NCBI GenBank assembly: GCA_964536205.1
Contig: CAZHVT010000002.1
Span: 1,982 to 65,981, forward strand
Source of the DNA: an uncultured Gammaproteobacteria bacterium
GTDB taxonomy: Bacteria > Patescibacteriota > Patescibacteriia > Magasanikbacterales > GCA-002688135
Direction: 5' to 3'
Length of the DNA: 64,000 nt
Position 1 is the stretch's first letter, and each line of letters opens with the position of its first letter. Shown one piece after another: positions 19,722 to 27,534 of this stretch. A program made the translations under genes and the position numbers. Under the pieces are notes generated by a model that ran no database searches, was not told the origin of the DNA, and saw only the letters and a list, made by a program, of their open reading frames with translations.

Positions 19722-19915
19722 CTTTACAGTCAGGAGATGTATGTGATATATACAATATCCGTTCATTAGGAGAAAAGTATGAAGTTGAAAGGGATTCATT
19801 TAGTGGCTATTGGCTTGATTGCAATTGGGCTGGCAGCGATCGCTGTGTAAAGGGAACACACAAAACATCGCATTCGTTGAGTGCGTTTTTTTATTGGAAA
19901 TGATACAATACATAT

Positions 19916-20386
19916 ATGAATAAAGTATACGCAACATTTGATAAGATTTTCATTCATGAGGTGAAGAGGTTGGCGCCGATCACGTCTCGAGTAGCACTAG
20001 CTATTATATTTATTTGGTTTGGCGCGATGAAAGTGATTGCGATGAGTCCGGCCAATCCTCTCGTGCAAGCACTGCTACAGAAGATGTTGCCGTTTGTATC
20101 ATTTGAAACATTCATTATAAGTTTTGGATTATTTGAAGTTCTCATTGGAATGTTGTTTATCATTCCTCGTTGGGGTCGCATTGCAATTCTATTGCTTGCA
20201 TTGCACATGATAACAACCATCCTTCCATTATTCCTCTTACCTGAAATTGCATGGCAAGGATTCTTACTTCCAACAATGGAAGGGCAGTACATTATCAAGA
20301 ATATTGCGATTGTTGCATTGGGTATGGGGGTGATCGGAACATTTCATCCAATGAAAAAAATTGACAAAAAAATAAACAAAAGATAA
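19916..20386 (+). CDS. small polytopic membrane protein (DoxX/YkgB-like guess)
   Basis: Four TM helices. Family assignment is only a guess. Confidence 0.4.
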   Translation: MNKVYATFDKIFIHEVKRLAPITSRVALAIIFIWFGAMKVIAMSPANPLVQALLQKMLPFVSFETFIISFGLFEVLIGMLFIIPRWGRIAILLLALHMITTILPLFLLPEIAWQGFLLPTMEGQYIIKNIAIVALGMGVIGTFHPMKKIDKKINKR

Positions 20387-20545
20387 CATGTAGTCACAAT
20401 TAAAGAGCTATCAAGAGTGTGGCGAGGGACAGGCCCTATGACCCACCGGCAACTTGCGTAAGCGTAGTGCCAATTCCTCCTCGAGAAATCGAGAAAGATA
20501 ATTATTTATGCAACGCCTTCCTGTGGGCGTTTTTATATTTTCAGT

Positions 20546-21604
20546 ATGATGTACAAACCATCAACCTACACCATCGAGAGTGTAACATCCGGACATCCGG
20601 ATAAAGTATGCGATCAGATTTCTGACGCAATTTTAGATGCATGTTTAGCACAAGATCCTTACAGTCGAGTTGCAGTCGAAACATTCGGCTCGCACGGGCT
20701 ATTAGTGTTGGGAGGAGAAGTATCAACATCCGCAATTGTAGATTACAAAACAATTGCAAAAAAAGTGTACAAAGAAATCGGATATGATGATGAACTGGAA
20801 ATCATCTGCCGTATAGTCGAGCAATCAAATGATATCGCACAGGGAGTAGACACAGGCGGCGCAGGCGATCAGGGAATTATGTATGGATATGCGACAAACG
20901 AAACAAGTCAGTTGCTTCCAAGTGCATTAGTGAAAGTTCATCAACTTACAGAAGGTTTAGAAAAGTTGCGCAAAATTGAAGCGTGTCCATGGCTTGGTCC
21001 GGATGGAAAAGCTCAAATCACCGTTGAAAATAATGTCATCACAAAAGTTCTCGTAAGCACGCAACATGATAAAGACGTATCGCAAGAACAAATCCATCGA
21101 GAATTAACAGAAAAATTAATTCACCCGATTGTGGGAGAAGTCGATGAAATTCTCATCAATCCAACAGGAATTTTCATTCAAGGAGGGTTTGAAGCAGACG
21201 CAGGATTAACGGGCAGAAAAATAATGGTCGATACATATGGCGGATTAGCTCCGCACGGCGGCGGAGCATTCTCCGGAAAAGATGCTACAAAAGTAGATCG
21301 ATCCGCAGCATATATGGCACGCTACGTCGCTAAACAATTAGTACATCGAGGATTAGGAAAAGAAGTTTTAGTTTCTGTTGCTTATGCTATCGGAAAAGTA
21401 GAGCCACTGATGGTGCAGGCTTACAATGAAAAAGGTGCGTCTTTAGATGTATCAGAATTCGATTTCAGGCCAGCGGCAATTATAGAAAATCTCGGACTCC
21501 GAAATCCAATATTCAGACAAACCGCATGCTACGGACACTTCGGGAAAAATGAATTGCCCTGGGAACATGTCGTACAGAAAAAGGTGTTGACGAAAGTTGC
21601 ATAA
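20546..21604 (+). CDS. metK: S-adenosylmethionine synthetase
   Basis: N-terminal GHPDKVCDQISDAILDA and the GGGAFSGKDATKVDRSAAYMARY signature. Confidence 0.85.
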   Translation: MMYKPSTYTIESVTSGHPDKVCDQISDAILDACLAQDPYSRVAVETFGSHGLLVLGGEVSTSAIVDYKTIAKKVYKEIGYDDELEIICRIVEQSNDIAQGVDTGGAGDQGIMYGYATNETSQLLPSALVKVHQLTEGLEKLRKIEACPWLGPDGKAQITVENNVITKVLVSTQHDKDVSQEQIHRELTEKLIHPIVGEVDEILINPTGIFIQGGFEADAGLTGRKIMVDTYGGLAPHGGGAFSGKDATKVDRSAAYMARYVAKQLVHRGLGKEVLVSVAYAIGKVEPLMVQAYNEKGASLDVSEFDFRPAAIIENLGLRNPIFRQTACYGHFGKNELPWEHVVQKKVLTKVA

Positions 21605-21641
21605 AAGGTACAATGCAACCATCTCAAAAAAAGGAGAACTG

Positions 21642-22370
21642 ATGGGACAACCCAAAGATAGAATTATCCTTGCATTAGACGTACCAGATGCAGCAAGCGC
21701 TCATCTCTTGGCAGGGCAGGTCGATGGAAGAGTTGGAAAACTCAAGATCGGCATGCAGTTGTTCTACGCAAAAAGCGGCGGACATTCTCTGCTGGAAGGC
21801 TTGTGCGAAGTTGCACAAGAGACAGAGATCATGCTCGATCTCAAACTCTGCGATATTCCCAACACGATGAGGGAAGCGATCAAAAGCGTCGCGTGCTTGA
21901 AGCCGCGGTATCTGACAGTTCATGCATCAAGTGGGCCAGATCATCTCAAAGCATGTGTTGATATGGCTGGCGAGTTTGGGATCGGTGTGCTCGCGATTAC
22001 TGTGCTCACTACCATTTCCCAAGAAGATTTTTATGCATCCGGTCACACAGCACTCATTGGAGATGTAGTGTTGAAACGCGCGGAATTCGCAGCAGAAACT
22101 GGATGTGTGGGAATTGTGTGTTCGGGATTGGAATTGGCGATGCTTGCAAAGCGTGGTGTTCCAACATCACTCAAACGCATTGTCCCGGGCATTCGACCGC
22201 AATGGGCCGTTGCTGGTGATCAAAAAAGAATCGCTACTCCAAAGTTTGCGTTGGAAGCTGGTGCCGACGAGCTTGTCATTGGACGTCCGATTCGCACACC
22301 ACCAACAGATGTCGGATCACCCGTTCATGCACTCGCTCTCATTCACGACGAAATCCAAGCAGTATCGTAA
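21642..22370 (+). CDS. pyrF: orotidine 5-prime-phosphate decarboxylase
   Basis: Motifs ILALDV, LKIGMQLF, LDLKLCDIPNTM and IGRPI. Start chosen at the ATG after RBS AAAGGAG (the track ORF starts 45 nt earlier, inside metK). Confidence 0.8.
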   Translation: MGQPKDRIILALDVPDAASAHLLAGQVDGRVGKLKIGMQLFYAKSGGHSLLEGLCEVAQETEIMLDLKLCDIPNTMREAIKSVACLKPRYLTVHASSGPDHLKACVDMAGEFGIGVLAITVLTTISQEDFYASGHTALIGDVVLKRAEFAAETGCVGIVCSGLELAMLAKRGVPTSLKRIVPGIRPQWAVAGDQKRIATPKFALEAGADELVIGRPIRTPPTDVGSPVHALALIHDEIQAVS

Positions 22371-22447
22371 TTGCAGCCGGACCACATGTCCGGTTTTTAC
22401 ATTCAACAAAAAAATGATAAGATATACTATAATCATTAAAAAATTCT

Positions 22448-22657
22448 ATGAAAGGAATTCTCAATATTTTAGTATTTGCCGTAGTGATCGGCGTGATTGT
22501 CAGTGGATTGCTCGGCATCATGATTGTGCTCGATGTTGCATCTGCAGCAGAAAGTCGCGAAGCATTGATCAAAACAGCGCAGGTAATCGGTATTGTCACG
22601 CTCACATCAGTTGTAGCACTTCTCGCATTGAAACTCGGAAATCTTGGAAATAAATAA
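22448..22657 (+). CDS. small two-TM membrane protein (69 aa)
   Basis: Hydrophobic ORF followed by a terminator. Confidence 0.35.
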   Translation: MKGILNILVFAVVIGVIVSGLLGIMIVLDVASAAESREALIKTAQVIGIVTLTSVVALLALKLGNLGNK

Positions 22658-22665
22658 GTAAGAGA

Positions 22666-22690
22666 AAAAGCACTCTCACGAGTGCTTTTA
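22666..22690 (+). terminator. intrinsic terminator (AAAGCACTC-TCAC-GAGTGCTTT)
   Basis: Perfect 9-bp stem plus T-rich tail. Confidence 0.5.
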
Positions 22691-22697
22691 TAATTAT

Positions 22698-23180
22698 ATG
22701 AAAACACACAAGGTAATGTTCGGCGCTGGGTGTTTTTGGGGGATAGAGGAAAAGTTACGTATAGTTGAAGGTGTGATTGAAACTGAGGTGGGATATGCTG
22801 GTGGTCATCTAGAAAATCCTACTGAACAGGAAGTCCATGATGAGGATACTGGTCACACGGAAGTTGCAGTGGCGGAGTATAATCCAGAAAAAATAACATA
22901 CGAAGAATTACTCGATATTTTTTGGAAAAGCAATGACCCAACACAGGTAAATCGTGAAGGACCAAATATAGGATATCAATATCGCAGTGTAATTTTTTAT
23001 TATGATGATAATCAAAAGGCTGCAGCAGAAAAAGCAAAAAAAGAACTTGAGTCGTCAGGGGAGTATAATGCGCCGATCGCAACTGCTATTGAACCAGTCA
23101 CAACGTATTTCCCGGCAGCGGATTTTCATCAACAGTGGTTACTAAAACACGGCTTAAAAGTTTGTCCCTGGAAAAAGTAA
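22698..23180 (+). CDS. msrA: peptide methionine sulfoxide reductase MsrA
   Basis: Catalytic GCFWG motif (MFGAGCFWGIEE). Confidence 0.85.
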   Translation: MKTHKVMFGAGCFWGIEEKLRIVEGVIETEVGYAGGHLENPTEQEVHDEDTGHTEVAVAEYNPEKITYEELLDIFWKSNDPTQVNREGPNIGYQYRSVIFYYDDNQKAAAEKAKKELESSGEYNAPIATAIEPVTTYFPAADFHQQWLLKHGLKVCPWKK

Positions 23181-23214
23181 TAAAAAACCTCCGATGTATA
23201 CTCGGAGGTTCGCT

Positions 23215-23844
23215 TTATACAGCACTGTATTTTTTGACGATAGGAATCAGGCTGTCATTTTGAGCCCAAAAGATCTTTGCGAAAGCATCAAAAGTCGGAC
23301 GACAAGATTCGGGAATAAGTTGGGAACATCGCTCAAACATCGGAGTAAACTCTCGACGAGTTTCAGTAAACTGTTTTTCGATGAACTCAAGATCGTCGGG
23401 CGGAAGCGATCGCAAGTTATGCAATCGATCACACATTTTGATGCGCATGACTTGCCAGCTCGAGCGTGTAAGTAGCCGCTCGTAGTATCCTTCTTTGGGA
23501 AGTTTGGAAAGTTGCAAAACCATACGGCACGTTCGCTTTCCCAAGAATTGTTCGATCAATTCAGGAGTGATGGTTGTATCCTCAAGCGAATCGTGAAGGA
23601 GTGCGGCGCAAATTTCATCAACATCCATACAGCCAGCCTCATCAATATCGATGAGAGCTACTTGTCGAACATGTTCGAAATATCGGATGTGATTCCCATC
23701 ATCATCCACACCCTTGCGCGTATCAAATCGATGATAGTGCTTCGCAAGAACATACGCGAGCTCCACCCGTCGCACATCGGAAGGCGCCAGCAATGGAGTG
23801 AGTCGTGCAAGGAACGTAGCTTTGTTTTCTTGTGTATCTGTCAT
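23215..23844 (-). CDS. HD-domain hydrolase, small alarmone ((p)ppGpp) hydrolase-like
   Basis: RelA/SpoT-type HD motif ALLHDSLEDT with upstream His (YFEHVRQVA). About 210 aa with no synthetase domain. Confidence 0.6.
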   Translation of the reverse strand: MTDTQENKATFLARLTPLLAPSDVRRVELAYVLAKHYHRFDTRKGVDDDGNHIRYFEHVRQVALIDIDEAGCMDVDEICAALLHDSLEDTTITPELIEQFLGKRTCRMVLQLSKLPKEGYYERLLTRSSWQVMRIKMCDRLHNLRSLPPDDLEFIEKQFTETRREFTPMFERCSQLIPESCRPTFDAFAKIFWAQNDSLIPIVKKYSAV

Positions 23845-23900
23845 GGTAAACCTCTCTGAATGGTTAAGAATATATCAGAAATTAGGGCGGCCGTCAATAG

Positions 23901-23929
23901 TTGACAGATGTGATATTCAACGATAGTGT
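23901..23929 (+). promoter_or_regulatory. sigma70-like promoter TTGACA-N17-TAGTGT for the vWA/FHA cassette, overlapped by palindrome GTCAATAGTTGAC
   Basis: Read directly. RBS GGAGG lies 7 nt before the ATG at 24018. Confidence 0.45.
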
Positions 23930-24017
23930 AGAAGTACAGTCCAAAAGATACAATCACTTATCTTGGGAGACTGGTTTACGGCCCGGGAGAAATCCCACCA
24001 GAGGCTGGAGGTGACAA

Positions 24018-25262
24018 ATGGCACAACTTTGTGTCCAAACTATCTATGGGCAGGATCCTGCGTATGCAGATCCACGAACTGGAACCCTGGTGAACGCCAT
24101 CGTGCGGATCACTCCTGAAATCCCGGATGTGAGTACACCACTCAACATCATCTGGGTGCAGGATCGGTCTGGATCGATGAAAGGCGAAAAGCTGAAGCAG
24201 AGCAAGACTGTTCTGAAAAAGCTGATCGACGGTCTTGATAGAAATGACCGTGCGGGTGTGATTGCGTTCAATCAAGAACATGAGATCATCGCCCCTCTCA
24301 AGACGATGCGTGCACATTACAGGCGGATGGCAAAGATCGCTGTAAAGCGGATGGGGGCGAAGGGTGCAACTCGACTGTCAGCTCCGCTGCTTGAAGCGGT
24401 GAGTCTGAAAGATGAGGAGTCACAGATTCCTCGTACGGTTGTGATGCTGACTGACGGTCTTTCACAATGTGGCAGTGTTAAACATGATGAAGAGCAACTC
24501 ATCCGAGCTGCTCAAAAGCTCTATCGGGAAGGTGGACGTCTGATCATGATTGGGATTGGCGCAGATTACAATTCAGATCTTCTGGAGCGTGTCTGTGAGG
24601 CTGGACCAGATTTCGAGATGTTCCATGTCTCCACAACAAATCCTGCGGAAATCGATGAAGTCACGCGGGAGGTGATGTGTGAACTTCGCTCTGCTTCGAT
24701 TGGTAATCTTCAGATTGCTGGTCAAGTTGCGCGTGGTGTCGAACTCAAAAGTGTGACATCATTCACGCCAACGCAGCGCCCTCATGAAGTGAAGCGCGGA
24801 AAGTTCTCTATCAATTCAGGTTCGCTTTCAAAGCATCGAGGTCAGCATCTGCTGTTCGAGATGTTGGTGAAAAATCCGAAAGTCGGATCGAGGAATCTCA
24901 TGACACTTGCAATGAAAGGTGTCAGAAGAGGTGATTCAGTCGAAGAGATCAGTATGTCACACGTACTCTCTTTGAGATTCACGACTAATCCAAAAGATGC
25001 AGTCAAGCAGACTGAAAAAGAAGTCCAAGACTGCATCATTCGCGCTGAAGCTCATCGAAAGATGAAAAACAAGCTGTACGATGTTGCGGCACATCTCTAT
25101 GAGATGATCGGCGATACATTCATGGCGCAGCAGGCTAGAAAAGCTGAGCGTCAGGCTGCGCGAGGTGGTCTCGAGGCAATCGACGCTCACCGAACCATCA
25201 CGACAGGCTCTGTGGGAAGCACACGAGCTGTGTCTCGCGACTGGTCGACAAGGGAGTGTTAA
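24018..25262 (+). CDS. von Willebrand factor A domain protein (414 aa)
   Basis: MIDAS motif IIWVQDRSGSMKGEK with downstream VVMLTDG. The C-terminal 200 aa are unassigned. GC-rich. Confidence 0.65.
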   Translation: MAQLCVQTIYGQDPAYADPRTGTLVNAIVRITPEIPDVSTPLNIIWVQDRSGSMKGEKLKQSKTVLKKLIDGLDRNDRAGVIAFNQEHEIIAPLKTMRAHYRRMAKIAVKRMGAKGATRLSAPLLEAVSLKDEESQIPRTVVMLTDGLSQCGSVKHDEEQLIRAAQKLYREGGRLIMIGIGADYNSDLLERVCEAGPDFEMFHVSTTNPAEIDEVTREVMCELRSASIGNLQIAGQVARGVELKSVTSFTPTQRPHEVKRGKFSINSGSLSKHRGQHLLFEMLVKNPKVGSRNLMTLAMKGVRRGDSVEEISMSHVLSLRFTTNPKDAVKQTEKEVQDCIIRAEAHRKMKNKLYDVAAHLYEMIGDTFMAQQARKAERQAARGGLEAIDAHRTITTGSVGSTRAVSRDWSTREC

Positions 25263-25263
25263 G

Positions 25264-25902
25264 ATGAAAGATGCACTCTTTACGCAAGTTGTCTGCAGGA
25301 AATGCAGTACGGAAAATCGGGTTGGTGCGGTGCTGTGCGAGAATCAAGATTGTCGTGCTGTATTGCAAGCTCGTCGTATTGTAACCCAAGACGCTGATCC
25401 AGATGCTGATCTCGGTCCTGTAACAATGCCAGAAGCGTCATCTGCGGACATCGACAACAATGATGATATACCTCGATTTGTTGTCATCGAAAATGATGGC
25501 GTCAGCATTCTGGAAGCAGCGAAGTTTGAAGCGCATATTCCACTGATTCGGCTTTTTGATAAGGATATGATCAGTATCGGAAGACGCGCACGACCACATC
25601 CTGATTTCGAGCCACACATGGATTTCGGTTTTCTCTTCTACAATTGGACTGAAGGGAGAGACTATCCTATTTCTCGCAAAGGAGCTTTGTTGTATGGCGA
25701 GAAAGGAACATTGAAATTGCGACGTGTGGGACGAGCTCCAATTCGTGTGCGGAGACAGGGGAAAGGCAAGGCGCTGGCTTTGCAAAAATATGTCACAATT
25801 AAAGTCGAGAACGGCGATGTGCTGTGTTTCGGCAATCTCACGAACCACTTTAAAGTAGTGATTCGTGGTGTGACGCAAGAGATTCTTGATGATCTAGATT
25901 GA
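25264..25902 (+). CDS. zinc-ribbon + FHA (forkhead-associated) domain protein
   Basis: N-terminal CxxC-N14-CxxxxC (CRKCSTENRVGAVLCENQDC). C-terminal FHA-like pattern ISIGRRA ... ISRKGALL ... NGDVLCFGN. Starts 2 nt after the vWA stop. Confidence 0.55.
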   Translation: MKDALFTQVVCRKCSTENRVGAVLCENQDCRAVLQARRIVTQDADPDADLGPVTMPEASSADIDNNDDIPRFVVIENDGVSILEAAKFEAHIPLIRLFDKDMISIGRRARPHPDFEPHMDFGFLFYNWTEGRDYPISRKGALLYGEKGTLKLRRVGRAPIRVRRQGKGKALALQKYVTIKVENGDVLCFGNLTNHFKVVIRGVTQEILDDLD

Positions 25903-25922
25903 GCTCTAAGGAGTCTCAATAT

Positions 25923-25949
25923 GCCGCCCGTAACTCGGGCGGTTTTTTA
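25923..25949 (+). terminator. intrinsic terminator (CCGCCCG-TAACT-CGGGCGG + T6)
   Basis: Read directly. Confidence 0.6.
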
Positions 25950-26042
25950 TTTTATTTAACTCAAATTATACACAAATGAATCATCCCGCGCCTTATATCT
26001 TAGTGTAGAACATACACTAAGTAAGTTACGAGTAAAAAAGGG

Positions 26043-26095
26043 TTGACAAGGATGTGGGGAATTGATATGTTGATTGGCCTTATCGATAGTATAAT
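26043..26095 (+). promoter_or_regulatory. promoter region with TTGACA (26043) and TAGTATAAT (26087-26095)
   Basis: Possibly tandem promoters. The spacing to TATAAT is suboptimal, so confidence is low. Confidence 0.35.
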
Positions 26096-26164
26096 GATGA
26101 GGAAAACGACTTATGTATTGAGTCGTAAACGATCATTAAACCTCGTGCAAAAAGGGAGAAGCAC

Positions 26165-27496
26165 ATGGCTGATGAAAAGAAAACAACAACCAAGAAACCA
26201 GCAAAGAAAAAGAAACCAGATTATCCGGAGCGATGGGCCAATGTGATCGGAGCTTTTGCGAAGTCACTTGGTTCGGATCTTGAGGCGATGACGCCGGTAC
26301 TGGCCTCTCTGGCCGGCGAACCGAGCGATGAAGCGCTGGAGACTCTCGCAAACAGCGGGTATGTCTCTGACGAGCTCATCCGGGAAGCTCTCGGAAATGC
26401 AGGATTGAAGGTTGGCGAAAGCGTGCCGATCGGCGTGTTCAACAAGAACCTCGCCGCTCTGCGAACTGCATGTGCACCCGCCGCACCTACTGCACCTACT
26501 GCACCAGCACCCACCGCCGATCTTTTCGGTGGCGGTGTTGGCTCGTACGACATTCTGCCGAACGTCCCCGAAGACAGCGTGAGCCTGCTTAGCAAGCTCA
26601 CGATCGGTGGCGAACTCAAGGTGGATGAAGTTTCTGTTCTGTGCGCCGCTCGAGCATTGCTCGCACAGCGAACTGGCGTTCGAGACGTGCCCGGAAAGCT
26701 GATCGATCTCATGGATGCGCATGCAGACGACGTCACTGCAGAGCCGTTCACAACGGCAATGTATGATGTGTACGAAACGGTCGAGAAGATCAAGAATCGT
26801 CGGTCTCATGGGGATATCCTCAAGGCTGTCGGTGTGCCCGGAAGTTTTGCAAACGCGAAGCGGAAGAGGCAGTTCCTCGAGCGTGTTGAAAAGCATCTTG
26901 TTCCCGGACTCTTCGAGTTCCGAAGCACGGTCAAGAGCTGGCAGGATTCGTATCTTGCTGCAGGCGCCAATCCCATGCAGATGATGCAGGTGATCGCGGC
27001 TGTCGTGCAGCGATTGCCGGTGCCGGGAGGGATGGCGCCACCCGACACCGCGATGATTCGCGATGCGGCGCTGTCGTTCAACGATGCGGCCAACAAAACG
27101 TTCGCCGGTTCCGGCATTCCTTGTGCTCGTGCACTCGCTCACGATGTGATCGAGATCCACGGGCTGCTCGATCTCGATCTTCTGCCTTTGGCATGCGGAT
27201 TCACGACGCGTGACCAGTTGCTCAAATCGCTCAAGATCAATGCGAGTCGAACCGATGAGCGCAACGAGCACGCGCTGGCTCGCTACATCATCTCGGTCAT
27301 CCGCATGAAGGACGTTGCGCCGGGTCATTCGGAGCTTGCGTACGTCAATGCACTGACTATGCTCGACACGCAGATCAAGTGGGATTCGCTGGGTCTCGCT
27401 GGAAGAGGAACGCCCGGCTTCATCGATCGCGCGAGCGGATCCGGTCCGTTGTCCGACAAGGGCAATGGTGGCTCGTCCAGCCGCTATCCGCGGTAG
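26165..27496 (+). CDS. hypothetical protein, very GC-rich (443 aa), Lys-rich N-terminus, Ala/Pro linker (PAAPTAPTAPAPTAD)
   Basis: Long ORF with RBS AAAGGGAG. A 413-aa antisense ORF is open opposite it, as expected for high-GC DNA. No motif recognised. Confidence 0.5.
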   Translation: MADEKKTTTKKPAKKKKPDYPERWANVIGAFAKSLGSDLEAMTPVLASLAGEPSDEALETLANSGYVSDELIREALGNAGLKVGESVPIGVFNKNLAALRTACAPAAPTAPTAPAPTADLFGGGVGSYDILPNVPEDSVSLLSKLTIGGELKVDEVSVLCAARALLAQRTGVRDVPGKLIDLMDAHADDVTAEPFTTAMYDVYETVEKIKNRRSHGDILKAVGVPGSFANAKRKRQFLERVEKHLVPGLFEFRSTVKSWQDSYLAAGANPMQMMQVIAAVVQRLPVPGGMAPPDTAMIRDAALSFNDAANKTFAGSGIPCARALAHDVIEIHGLLDLDLLPLACGFTTRDQLLKSLKINASRTDERNEHALARYIISVIRMKDVAPGHSELAYVNALTMLDTQIKWDSLGLAGRGTPGFIDRASGSGPLSDKGNGGSSSRYPR

Positions 27497-27506
27497 ATCC
27501 ATCACG

Positions 27507-27534
27507 GAGTATCTAAGGATACTCCGTTTTTTTA
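27507..27534 (+). terminator. intrinsic terminator (GGAGTATC-TAAG-GATACTCC + T7)
   Basis: Perfect 8-bp stem followed by a T-run. Confidence 0.6.

Noticed and set aside
20419-20604. 61-aa ORF upstream of metK
   Set aside because: Overlaps the metK start region and has no RBS. It is probably in the metK promoter/5-prime UTR.
21597-21641. Upstream extension of pyrF (MHKRYNATISKKGEL)
   Set aside because: Overlaps the metK stop. The internal ATG at 21642 is preceded by a consensus AAAGGAG RBS.
26264-27505. 413-aa minus-strand ORF antisense to the 26165-27496 gene
   Set aside because: A long antisense ORF is expected in a locally very GC-rich segment. The plus-strand gene has the RBS, promoter and terminator, and fits operon orientation.
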